A stretch of 64,000 bases of DNA, taken from the NCBI GenBank assembly GCA_964016885.1, contig OZ024745.1, positions 8,060,001 through 8,124,000 of the forward strand. The letters run 5' to 3'. Positions within the stretch are counted from its first letter, which is position 1, and every line of letters begins with the position of its first letter. The notes under the pieces are model-generated. The model made no database searches, had not been told where the DNA came from, and saw only the letters and a program-made list of their open reading frames with translations. Below are positions 1-12,783 of the stretch, in pieces. This DNA comes from Eledone cirrhosa. Its lineage: Eukaryota. The position numbers and the translations under genes are program-made.

Positions 1-3000
1 CATATAACACACATATCTGCCATATAACACACATATCCCGCATATAACACACATATCTCCCATATATTACACATATCCCCCATATAATACACATATCGTC
101 CATATAACACACACATCTCCCATATTACACACATATCTCCCATATAATACACATATCTCCCATATCACCCATATAACACAAATATCCCCCGTATAACACA
201 CAAATCCCCCATATAACATACATATCACCCATATGATACACATATCTCTCCCATATAACACACATATCTCCCATATGACACACATATCTCCCATATAACA
301 CACATATCTCTCATATAATATACATATCCCCCATATAATACATAAATGTCCCATATAACACACATATCCCCTATATAATACACATATCTCCCATATAACA
401 CCAATATCCCCCATATAACACATATCTCCCATATAATACACATTTCGCCCATATAACACACATATCCCCCATATAACACACATATCTCACATATAAAACA
501 CATATCCCCCATATAATACACATATCTCACATATAACACACATATCTCCCGTAGAATACACATATCTCCCATGAAATTTACACATATCTCCCATATAACA
601 CACATATCTCCCATATAAGATGCATGCCCCCCATATAATAGACATATCTCCCATATTACACACATATCTCCCATATAACACACATATCTCCCATATAACA
701 TGCATGTCTCCCATATAATACACATATCTCCCATATTACACACATATCTTCCATATAAAAAAAAAACCCTTCATATAATACACATATCTCCCATATAACA
801 CACATATCTTCCATAGAATACATATATCTCCCATGTAATATACACATATATCCTCCATATAATACACATATCTCCCATGTAACACACATATCCCCATATA
901 ACACACATTTCTCACATATAACATGCATATCTCCAATATAATACACATATCTCCCATATATCACACATATCTCCCATATAAAACATATATCCCCCATATA
1001 ACACACATATCCCGCATATAACACACATATCTCCCATATAACACACATATCTCCCATATAACAAACATATCTCCCATATAATACACATATCTCCCATATA
1101 ACACACATATCTCCCATATTACACACATATCTCCCATATAATACACATATCTCCCATATAACACACATATCCCCCACATAATACACACGTCTCCCATATA
1201 ACACACTTATCTCCCCCATATAATACACATATCTCCCATATATTACACATATCCCCCATATAATACACATATCTCCCATATAACACACATAATATAACAT
1301 ATAACACACATATCTCCCATATAATACACATATCTCCCATATAACAGACATATCTCCTATATAACACACATATCTCCCATATAACACACATATCTCCCAT
1401 ATAATACACATATCTCCCATGTAACACACATATCCCCCATATAACACACATATTTCCCATACAATACACATATCTCCCATATAATGCACACATATCAGCC
1501 ATATAACAAACATATCTACCATATAACACACATATCTCCCCCATATAACACACATATCCCCCATATAGCAAACATATCCCCCATATGATACACATATCTC
1601 CCATATAATACACATATCTCCCATATAACACGCATATCTCCCCTATAACACACATATCTCCACCATATAACACATATATCTCCTATATAATATACATATC
1701 ACCCATATAATACACATATCTCCCATATAACACACATATCTCCCATATAACACACATATCTCCCATATTACACACATATCTCCCATATAATACACATATC
1801 CCCCATATTACACACATATCTCCCATATAACACACGTATCTCCCATATAATACACATATCTCCTATGTAATACACATATCTCCCATATAACACACATATC
1901 TCACAAATAACACACCTATCTCCCATATTACCATATAACACACATATCTCCCCCATATAACACACATACCTCTCATATAACACTCATATCTCCCATATAT
2001 TACACATATCTCCCATAAAACACACATATCTCCCATATAATGCACATATCTCCCCCATATATTACACATATCCCTCATATAAAACACATATCTCCCATAT
2101 AACACACATATCTCCCATATAATATACGTATCTCCCTTATAACACACATATATCCCCCATATAACACACATATCCTCCATATAATACACATATCACCCAT
2201 ATAACACACATATCCCCGTATAACACACATATCCCCCATATAACACACATATCACCCATATGATACACATATCTCTCCCATATAACACACATATCTCCGA
2301 TATAACACACATATCTCCCATATAACACACATATCTCCCATATAACACACATATCTCCCATATAACACACATATCTCCCATATAACACACATATCTCCCC
2401 CATATAACACACATATCTCCCATATAATATACATATCCCCCATATAATACAGATATGTCCCATATAACACACATATCCCCTATATAAAACACATAACCCC
2501 ATATAACACACATATCTCCCATATAAAACACATATCCAAAATATAAAACACATATCTCCCATATAACACACATATCTTCCCTAGAATACACATATCTCCC
2601 ATGTAATATACACATATCTCCCATATAACACACATATCTCCCATATAATACACATATCTCCCATGTAACACACATATCCCCATATAACACACGTATCTCC
2701 CATATAACATGCATATCTCCCATATTACACACATATCTCCCATATAACACACGTATCTCCCATATAATACACATATCTCCTATGTAATACACATATCTCC
2801 CATATAACACACATATCTCACAAATAACACACCTATCTCCCATATTACCATATAACACACATATCTCCCCCATATAACACACATATCTCTCATATAACAC
2901 TCATATCTCCCATATATTACACATATCTCCCATAAAACACACATATCTCACATATAATGCACATATCTCCCCCATATATTACACATATCCCTCATATAAC

Positions 3001-5897
3001 ACACATATCTCCCATATAACACACATATCTCCCATATAATACACGTATCTCCCTTATAACACACATATATCCCCCATATAACACACATATCCTCCATATA
3101 ATACACATATCACCCACATAACACACATATCCCCGTATAACACACATATCCCCCATATAACACACATATCACCCATATAACACACATATCCCCGTATAAC
3201 ACACATATCCCCCATATAACACACATATCTCCCATATATACCACATATCTCCCATATAAAACATATCTCCCCCATATAACACACATATCTCGCATATAAC
3301 ACACATATCCCCCGTATAACACACATATCTCCAATATAATACACATATCCCCCATATAACCCGCATATCCCGCATATAACACAGATATCTCCCATATATT
3401 ACACATGTCCCCCGTATAATACACATATCTCCCATATAACACACATATCTCCCGTATTACACACATAACTCCCATATAATACACATATCTCCCATACAAC
3501 ACACATATCCCACACATAATACACCCATCTCCCATATAACACACTTATCTCCACCATATAACACACATATCTCCCATATAACAAATATATCTCCCATATA
3601 ACACACATATCTCCCATATAATACACATATCTCCCATATAATACACATATCTCCAATATAACACACATATCTCCCATATAATACACATATCTCCCATATA
3701 ATACACATATCACCCATATGATACACATATCTCCCATATGACACACATATCCACCATATAACACACATATCTCCCATATTACACACATATCTCCCATATA
3801 ACACACATATCTCTCATATAACACACATATCTCCCATATAACACACATATCTCCCCCATATAACACAGATATCTCCCATATAATATACATATCCCACATA
3901 TAATACACATATCTCCCATATAATACACATATCTCCCATATAACACACATATCTCCCATATAGAACACATATACCCCATATAATACACATATCTCCCATA
4001 TAATACACATATCCTCCATATAACACACATATCTCCCATATAACACACATATCTCCCATAGAATACACATATCCTCCATATAACACACATATCTCCTATA
4101 TAACACAAATATCTCCCATATAACACACATATCTCCCATATAACACACATATCTCGCCCAAATAACACACATATCCCCATATAACACACATATCTCCCAT
4201 ATAACACACATATCTCCCATATAATACACATATCTCCCATATAACACACATATCTCCCATGTAATACACATATCTCCCATATAATACACATATCTCCCAT
4301 ATAACACACATATCTCCCATATAACACACATATCTCCCATATAATACACATATCTCCCATATAACACACATATCTCCCATATAATACACATATCTCCCAT
4401 ATAACACACATATCTCCCATATAACACACATCTATCCCATATGACAGACATATCTCCCATGTAATACACATATCTCCCCCATATAACACACATATCTCCC
4501 ATATAACACACATCTTCCATATAACACAGATATCTCCCATATAATACACATATCTACCATATAATACACATATCTCCCATAAAATACACATATCTCCCAT
4601 GTAATACACATATCTCTCTTATAATACACATATCTCCCATGTAACACACATCTCTCCCATATGACACTCATATCTCCCATGTAATACACATATCTCCCCC
4701 ATATAACACACATATCTCCCATATAATACACATATCTCCCATATAATACACATATCACCCATATGATACACATATCTCCCATATGTCACACATATCCACC
4801 ATATAACACACATATCTCCCATATTACACACATATCTCCCATCTAACACACATATCTCTCATATAACACACATATCTCCCATATAACACACATATCTCCC
4901 CCATATAACACAGATATCTCCCATATAATATACATATCCCCCATATAATACACATATCTCCCATATAATACACATATCTCCCATATAACACACATATCTC
5001 CCATATAGAACACATATACCCCATATAATACACATATCTCCCATATAACACACATATCTCCCATAGAATACACACATCCTCCATATAACACACATATCTC
5101 CTATATAACACACATATCTCCCATATAACACACATATCTCCCATATAACACACATATCTCCCATATAACACACATATCTCCCATATAACACACATATCTC
5201 CCATATAATACCCATATCTCCCATATAACACACATATCTCCCATGTAATACACATATCTCCCATATAATACACATATCTCCCATATAACACACATATCTC
5301 CCATATAACACACATATCTCCCATATAATACACATATCTCCCATATAACACACATATCTCCCATATAATACACATATCTCCCATATAACACACATATCTC
5401 CCATATAACACACATCTATCCCATATGACACACATATCTCCCATGTAATACACATATCTCCCCCATATAACACACATATCTCCCATATAACACACATCTT
5501 CCATATAACACAGATATCTCCCATATAATACACATATCTACCATATAATACACATATCTCCCATAAAATACACATATCTCCCATGTAATACACATATCTC
5601 TCTTATAATACACATATCTCCCATGTAACACACATCTCTCCCATATGACACTCATATCTCCCATGTAATACACATATCTCCCCCATATAACACACATATC
5701 TCCCATATAACACACATATCTCCCATATAACACACACATCTCCCATATAATACACATATCTCCCATATAATACACATAGCTCCCATATAACACACATATC
5801 TCCCATATAATACACATATCTCCCATATAATACACATATCTCCCATATAATACACATATCTCTCATATAATACACATATCTCCCATGTAATACACAC
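1..5897. repeat. 20-bp minisatellite array (consensus CATATAACACACATATCTCC), about 290 copies, runs off the left edge
   Basis: Visible 20-bp periodicity with occasional 1-2 nt indels; it produces the repetitive WEICVLYGRY-type ORFs. Confidence 0.97.
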
Positions 5898-5997
5898 ATA
5901 TATATATTATCTCCCACAAGATAATCTTCACCCGCGGTCATTGTAACTGGTTGCATTTTATAGTGTAATGCAATATTATTATTATGCATCTATGTAA

Positions 5998-6131
5998 GGG
6001 CGGTGGATTGGCAGTAAAATCGGTAGAGTGTCAGATAACATGCTTTGGAGTATATAGCTACGGCCCTTTACGTTTTCAGTTCAAATCCAGCCGAGGTTAA
6101 CTTTGCCTTCCAATCTTCAGAAACCATTATT
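5998..6131 (+). mobile_element. tRNA-derived SINE, internally deleted copy
   Basis: A-box-like TGGCAGTAAAATCGGTAGAG, B-box-like AGTTCAAATCC, then GCCGAGGTTAACTTTGCCTT and an AAACCATTATT tail shared with the other copies in the window. Confidence 0.85.
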
Positions 6132-6241
6132 GTGCACCTAGAAGCTCGTCCAGTGATTTGGAGCTCTCTCGCCAGTTGGTGATTACTGCACCTGCACACA
6201 CAGACACATACATACATATATACATTCATACATACATACAT

Positions 6242-6282
6242 GATGGCTGCCCCCTCATTATCGAGTATGGCCATTGCACGAG
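6242..6282 (-). mobile_element. RTE LINE 3' terminus followed by a (TATG)n tail
   Basis: Minus strand GGCCATACTCGATAATGAGGGGGCAGCCATCA-TGTATGTATG resembles the RTE-type 3' ends at 9001 and 19121. Confidence 0.65.
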
Positions 6283-6373
6283 AATAAAAAAATAAAAAAA
6301 TAATAATAAATAAATAAATAAAAATAAATAAATAAATAAATAAAATAAAATAAAATAAAATAAAATAAAATAA

Positions 6374-6411
<38 letters not shown>

Positions 6412-6622
6412 TTAAAAAAAATAAAAAAAATAAAATATATATATATACATACATACATATATACATACACACATACATACACATACACACACACATATAC
6501 ACACACACACACATTAATAACAATAATAATAATAATAATAATAGAAATAATAATAATAACGACAACAACAATAATAATATACATATTCATATATATATAC
6601 ACACACACGCACGCACATAAGC

Positions 6623-6654
<32 letters not shown>

Positions 6655-6655
6655 G
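6283..6655. repeat. Compound microsatellite (TAAA/TAAAA/TAA/TACA/CA)n
   Basis: Seen directly in sequence. Confidence 0.95.
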
Positions 6656-6662
6656 ATAACAA

Positions 6663-7283
6663 CTAACAGTGCTGCGATCGAATGTGGCTTTTTAGCCCAG
6701 CCAATGATCTACAATGTCTTGCACAGAGTCGGCAACCAAAACATTCACTGGGAATAGTCGGCTGTGGTTGGAGTTCGTGTACTTTTGCATGTCGCTTGAG
6801 CCCTCCTGCTGATTTACATTCTCTACCACATGTTTGGCAAGCATGATAAGTAGCATCTCCAACAGCAGCCTGGTAGTCAACCACTGGTCTTACTTTATGA
6901 CTGCGAAGATGACTTTCGAGTCCAGCTTTGCTTAGGCAGAGTCTCGCACAGACGCTGCATGTCAGCACCATAGGAGGACCCCGCCGTCTGGAAGTGCAAC
7001 AGCAATGCCCTTCCTCACATCCCGCTTTACTTTCTCGTGTGCGATTCGAGATGCCTCAAAGGCAACTTTTCCCTCATATACAGTCTTTCTCCATTTATTA
7101 CGATCAGCAGCAACATTTTCCCATGTATCAGCAGAGATGTTAGCGTCTTTCAGAGAGGCTTTCAAGGAATCCTTATACCTCTTTTTTGGTTTATGTGGCG
7201 GTCGTTTTCCTTTAACCAACTCTCCATAGAAGAGTTGTTTTGGTATTCTAGAATCCTTCATCCTGGCAAGGTGACCACTCCAA
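6663..7283 (-). mobile_element. RTE-clade LINE, 5'-truncated 3' fragment with three C-terminal C2H2-type zinc fingers (frameshifted)
   Basis: WSGHLARMKDSRIPKQLFYGEL..GKR...PKKRYKDSLK...WE..AADR..WR is the typical RTE post-RT region. Fingers: CSVCARLCLSKAGLESHLRSH, CQTCGRECKSAGGLKRHAKVH, CRLCARHCRSLAGLKSHIRSQH. Frame change near 6965. Confidence 0.88.
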
Positions 7284-7366
7284 CATATATACATACATAC
7301 ATACATAGATACATACATACATACATACATTCATACATACATACATACATATTTAGCAGTATTAGT

Positions 7367-7577
7367 TGTAGATGTTATCGAGATACGAGTGACATAATAA
7401 CAGCAGAAATTAGAGATGAAATATACGTTTATTTTTTGATGTAGCACAAACAATGGTGTTGTACAGAGGCTGGTATCTGGCGTGTGATCCGTCGGCTTTC
7501 CAGTGGCTGTCTGTCTTTTCTTTCTGGGGTTCTCAACCGGCGTTGTTCTATCAAGGAGCGTGAGGCGTCTTACTACA
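7367..7577 (-). mobile_element. Putative 3' LTR (about 211 bp) of the Gypsy element
   Basis: TGTAG...CTACA inverted termini, minus-strand AATAAA near 7428, position downstream of the integrase stop. Confidence 0.65.
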
Positions 7578-7807
7578 GTACCTCGAGCCAGATTTTCAAA
7601 CTATTGAAAATCGATGTCATTACTCACATGTGGAGTAAGATGGCGAACAATGCAACAAGGGGGAGCTATCCGCTCTAGCAAAAATTGAATCCAGAATAAG
7701 GATTTGAAAAATGTTAAAAAAAAAAAAAACGACATGCATGCATAAAAAAAACAAGGCAAAGAAAAAGCAGAAACACAGAGGCAAAAAAAAGGTGCAGCTA
7801 ACATAGT

Positions 7808-8882
7808 CTAAATATAGACGGTGCTGCAAAGTTTTTTGGGCCAGTGGACCCTACGACCTGAACGGGTCGTGGTCTTGTAACGTGGCGATGGTGGTGGTGT
7901 AGGGACAGGCGATGATGGTGGTTCAGGAACAGTCGTTCGCTCAACAGGCAAATACGAAGGGGTTCGTGGATCAGGAACCACAGCGTCCGTGTCAAGGTGC
8001 GCCTGCTTAAGCCTGTCTAATGTAACTGTCACCCTGGACCCCTTAATATCTAACGTGAAATGCTTAGCCGAGCGCGCTAAGACACGGTAAGGTCCAGTGT
8101 AAGGTTGTGTGAGCGGGGGCTTCACCGTATCATTCCTTACAAAGACATGCGTCCACGAGGTAATATCCCTCGGGACAGCAGTCTTGACAGTTTGTTTCCT
8201 AGTGTCCATTGGCGGCAAATCCTGGAAATAGGAGCGCAAACGGGACACGTAGGAAGCGTGATCTTGGGCATCAAGATCGATAGGGGCAAGCATTTGCCCG
8301 GGAAACGTCAGAGGGGCACCGTACAGTACTTCAGCCGGTGAAAATCCAAAGTCGACCTTCACCGTTGACCGAATCCCTAGTAACACAATAGGGAGGTACT
8401 CGCTCCAATGCGCCGAGTCCATTGAGGCCATTAAGGAGGCCTTCAGTTGGCGGTGAAAACGCTCCACCATACCATTCGAAGCGGGATGGTATGCCGTAGT
8501 TCGAATGCGTTTAGCACCAATTATTTTTGACAGCTCGAGGAAAAGGCTCGACTCGAACTGTCGTCCACGGTCGGTAGTTATTGTGGATGGAACTCCATAA
8601 CGAGAGATCCATCCAGACACAAGAGCACGTGCTGTTGTCTCCGCGGTGATGTTTTTCAAGGGGATGGCCTCAGGCCATCTCAAAAAACGGTCAATGACGG
8701 TAAGTAGATAAGAAAAACCATCGCTGACAGGCCAAGGTCCCACTATGTCAATATGAATATGCGAAAAACGCGCATCTGGGTTAGCAAAGGTACCCAGGGG
8801 AGCCTTGACGTGTCGATGGACCTTTGATCTCTGGCAAGCGACGCAGGAACGGCACCAAGCAGCAATTTCACGGTTACTACGC
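7808..8882 (-). mobile_element. Ty3/Gypsy LTR retrotransposon integrase fragment
   Basis: CxxC of the zinc-binding domain (CVACQRSK), DDE core HIDIVGP / [10 protein letters not shown] / [17 protein letters not shown], and GPY module (PYTGPYRV). The ORF start is borrowed from a (TATG)n tract. Confidence 0.93.
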
Positions 8883-8922
8883 ATACATACATACATACAT
8901 ACATCTTACGCGTCTTACTACA

Positions 8923-9000
8923 AATACATACATACATACATACATACATACATACATACATACATACATACATACATACATACATACATACATACATACA
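8923..9000. repeat. (TACA)n microsatellite, the tail of the adjacent RTE-derived element
   Basis: Perfect tetranucleotide run abutting the RTE 3' end. Confidence 0.95.
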
Positions 9001-9398
9001 TGGTGGCTGCCAACTCGTTTTCGAGTACGGCCACTACTTTATATCCATGTAGGAGAACTCCTACCGATGCGCTGAACGAGTTTGACTTTTTAGTCCAGCC
9101 ATCGACTTGAAAACTCTGGTACAAACACTACACCTGTGACAATTATTGACACATAGTGCTGGGCCCATGGTACCATGTGTCGACAAGTGCAGAGAGATCT
9201 CCAGATATAAAGCAATGCCTGTGCCGTGAAGCTTTTATAATGAGCAAAGGCACTGCACAAAACCAGTCCCATTCTCTTAACGAAGATGATATTTACCAAA
9301 AAGAAGAACAAGTCAACATCATTGGATACCATCAGGGTTGCAGGTGTTATATCAGAGTTTTCCTTCTCCTAGAATTCTGCCTTGACAAAGGCTAAGGG
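9001..9398 (-). mobile_element. Short non-autonomous RTE derivative (5'UTR-like motif plus 3' end)
   Basis: Minus-strand CTAGGAGAAGGAAAACTCTG motif typical of RTE 5'UTRs, a zinc-finger remnant, a terminal hairpin ACTCG-AAAA-CGAGT and a (TATG)n tail. A second copy lies at 18883-19121. Confidence 0.72.
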
Positions 9399-9410
9399 CT
9401 ACATACATAC

Positions 9411-9965
9411 ATAGCTAGAACCATCTGGAACGCACTTCGGAAAACAAAATTAACAACAAACGAGGAAGAATATATTGAGACAGATGGCACTAAGGAATAC
9501 TGGTGGAACCTGAAAATAAAAACTGCCACCAAATTAAAGCACAATCGGCCTGATATTGTTGTTTGGGACCACACATTGAAAACGGGTTCTGTTGTGGAGA
9601 TCAGCTGCCCACTTGATGTAAACGTTGTCAGAAAAATACAGGAGAAGGGGGACATCTACGGACCATTGATGAGGAGTTTACAAATCCAGTATCCAAGATA
9701 CACCTTTAGCTTCATACCAATCATTATTGGAGCCATGGGTTATATATCAACCCGCTTGGACCAAAGTATGACTGAACTTGGATTTGAGGACAAAGAGCGC
9801 AGCTCCCTAATTCATAGTCTACAAATGGCTGCGATAGCTGGCACCTTCAAAATTTGCAAAACATTCTTGCGATTCAAGGGATGACAATTTCTTTTCTTTT
9901 ACAACCTTGCCACCAGGAAGGTGGCCAGTCAAAAAAATATACTCGAAATTAAGAGAAAGAGATAA
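9411..9965 (+). mobile_element. R4/Dong-type non-LTR retrotransposon, 5'-truncated; restriction-like endonuclease domain plus 3'UTR
   Basis: Frame reads EYWWNLKIKTATKLKHNRPDIVVWD..KTGSVVEISCP....EK..IY..L...IPIIIGAMG, a PD-(D/E)xK RLE signature. Flanked by (TACA)n. Confidence 0.85.
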
Positions 9966-10084
9966 CATACATATATACATACATACATACATACATACAT
10001 ACATGCATACATGCATACATACATACATACATACATACATACATACATACATACATACATACATACATACATACATACATACAT
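9966..10084. repeat. (TACA)n microsatellite
   Basis: Seen directly in sequence. Confidence 0.95.
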
Positions 10085-10450
10085 AGATAATGTAGTGAGA
10101 GGGAGTGCGAGAGAGAAGAGAGATAGAGAGGGAAAGAAAGATGGAAATAGGAGGAAGATGGAGAATGAGAGAATCAAATGTTTATATTTTCTGTACGATT
10201 GAAGTCATTATTTTGATGTGAAGCAGGTTCTTCAACAAACGAGCGACTTTTGTTGTCATGGACTGCGGCTTTCGTTCGCTGTCTCGTAATAATGAAACCA
10301 ATTACTACAACTTATACTGTAGCAATGGAATATGGACGGTTTCCTCAATTTTATACAAACGAAGACATCTCGATGAGAAAGAAACTAGTCTTGTTGTTTT
10401 TTTAAAAAGCAAAATACATAAGCACATGCTGAACAACTGATATTATTAAT

Positions 10451-10952
10451 GGATTGGCAGTATCAGTAGAGGGTCGGACGCCATGCTTTGCCACATAGAG
10501 TTACGGCCCTTTATGATCTGAGTTCAAATCCCGCCGAGGTTAACTTTGCCTTTCATCCTTACGGGGCGATACAATACAGTACAAGTCACGCACTGGGTCA
10601 ATTTCATCGACCTCCCCCCCCCCCCAAAAAAAAAAATTGCTGGCGTTGTGCCTAAATAAGAAACCATTATTAATGAAGTTTAGTGGATTGGCAATATTAG
10701 TAGAGGGTCGGACGCCATGCTTTGCAGCATATAGTTACGGCCCTTTATGTTCTGAGTTCAAATCCCGCCGAGATTAGCTTTGCTTTTTATCCCTAGGGGT
10801 CGATAACATAAGGTACCAGTAACGCACTGTGGTCGCTTTAATCGATTTTCCCCTCCCACAAAATTGTTGGCCATATCCCTAAATCATAAACCATTATTAA
10901 GGAAGTTTAGGTGGATTGGCAGTAATCGGTAGAGCATGGGACAAATTGCTGA
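10451..10952 (+). mobile_element. Head-to-tail cluster of tRNA-derived SINEs (two near-complete copies at about 10451-10671 and 10683-10900, plus a third head)
   Basis: Repeated GGATTGGCA..TAGAG / GAGTTCAAATCCCGCCGAG / GCCTTTCATCC..GGGG.CGATA / AAACCATTATT. Confidence 0.88.
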
Positions 10953-11067
10953 CTGACGAAACAATTATTAGTTTGTAGCAACGAGTTCCAAGTAAAATTT
11001 CTACAAACTGACTGTGACTAGGTTTCGACTTAGAACCTGTTTAAATCCGAGTACCTATCATAACATG

Positions 11068-11191
11068 TAGTGGTGTAGCTAGTGTGTGTGCCGCTCGAGG
11101 CAGCCCTTCAATTTTCCGCCCCACCTATACATATTTATAAAACAGACCCAAAAGTGTCACCCGGGGCGGTCGGCCCCTAACTACGTTACTG
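11068..11191. mobile_element. Small MITE with hAT-like TIRs
   Basis: Imperfect 15-bp TIRs TAGTGGTGTAGCTAG ... CTAACTACGTTACTG; no clean 8-bp TSD visible. Confidence 0.5.
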
Positions 11192-11414
11192 GAAACACCC
11201 TTGTATTTCTTTCCTTCTTCCTGAACTTGGATATAAGAAACAGATACGAATTTTAACATCATAACGGTTTCGTATAGCTCGGCATTTACGTATGTGTTAG
11301 GTGAGGAGGTTGTTGCATTAAAAAAACATTGCAGATCTACCGCTGAAGAAACACCAAACGTAGAATTAACATATTTTTCTTCATTCTACACCCTAACTCC
11401 TAATAGACTCTCAC

Positions 11415-11436
11415 TCTTCTTCTTCTTCTTCTTCTT

Positions 11437-11467
<31 letters not shown>

Positions 11468-11527
11468 GAAGAAGAAGAAGAAGAAGAAGAAGAAGAAGAA
11501 GAAGAAGAAGAAGAAGAAGAAGAAGAA
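11415..11527. repeat. (TTC)n immediately followed by (GAA)n, a palindromic trinucleotide repeat
   Basis: Seen directly; the switch is at 11466-11467. Confidence 0.97.
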
Positions 11528-11680
11528 AAAATGATGGAAGTTCACGATATTTTTAATACTTTTTCCAAAAGGAATACTGACCAAAAGAGATTTGAACATC
11601 TGCCACAGATGTTTTACCGTACTCCAATATATTATAAAGTCCCTACATAACTATACCAAACATCTTCCACAGATGTCTTA

Positions 11681-12783
11681 CTGTACTCCAATATATAGTA
11701 CACCGTACTCCAATATATAGTACACCGTACTCCAATATATAGTACACCGTACTCCAATATATAGTATACTGTACTCCAATATATAGTATACTGTACTCCA
11801 ATAGATAGTATATCGTGCTCCAATATATAGTATACTGTACTCCAATATATAGTATACTGTACTCCAATATATAGTATACTATACTCCAATATATAGTATA
11901 CTATACTCCAATATATAGTATACTGTACTCCAATATATAGTATACTGTACTCCAATATATAGTATACTGTACTGCAATATATAGTATACCGTACTCCAAT
12001 ATAAAGTACACTGCACTCCAATATAAAGTACACCGTACTCCAATATATAGTATACTGTACTCCAATATATAGTATACTGTACTCCAATATATAGTATACC
12101 GTACTCCAATATATAATATACCGTACTCCAATATATAGTAAGCCGTACTCCAATATATAATATACCGTACTCCAATATATAATATACCGTACTCCAATAT
12201 ATAGTATACCGTACTCCAATATATAATATACCGTACTCCAATATATAGTATACCGTACTCCAATATATAATATACCGTACTCCAATATATAGTATCCCGT
12301 ACTCCAATATATAGTATCCCGTACTCCAATATATAATACACCGGACTCCAATATATAGTATACTGTACTCCAATATATAGTATACCCTACTCTAATATAT
12401 AGTATACTGTACTCCAATATATAGTATACTGTACTCCAATATATAGTATACCGTACTCCAATATATAATATACCGTACTCCGATATATAATACACTGGAC
12501 TCCAATATATAGTACACCGTACTCCAATATATAGTATACTGTACTCCAATATATAATATACCGTACTCCAATATATAGTATACTGTACTCCAATATATAG
12601 TATACTGTACTGCAATATATAGTATACTATACTCCAATATATAGTATACTGTACTCCAATATATAGTATACTGTACTCCAATATATAGTATACTGTACTC
12701 CAATATATAGTATACTGTACTGCAATATATAGTGTACTGTACTCCAATATATAGTATAACGTACTCCAATATATAGTACACCG
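11681..12783. repeat. 22-bp minisatellite (TACTCCAATATATAGTATACTG), about 50 copies
   Basis: Visible 22-bp periodicity. Confidence 0.96.

Noticed and set aside
67-5989. Many Cys/Tyr/Trp-rich ORFs
   Set aside because: Translation of the 20-bp minisatellite, open in all three minus frames.
6663-6971. Host C2H2 zinc-finger gene
   Set aside because: Contiguous with the RTE post-RT region and lacking TGEKP linkers.
10451-10540. tRNA genes
   Set aside because: The A/B boxes belong to SINE heads; no complete cloverleaf, and a SINE body follows.
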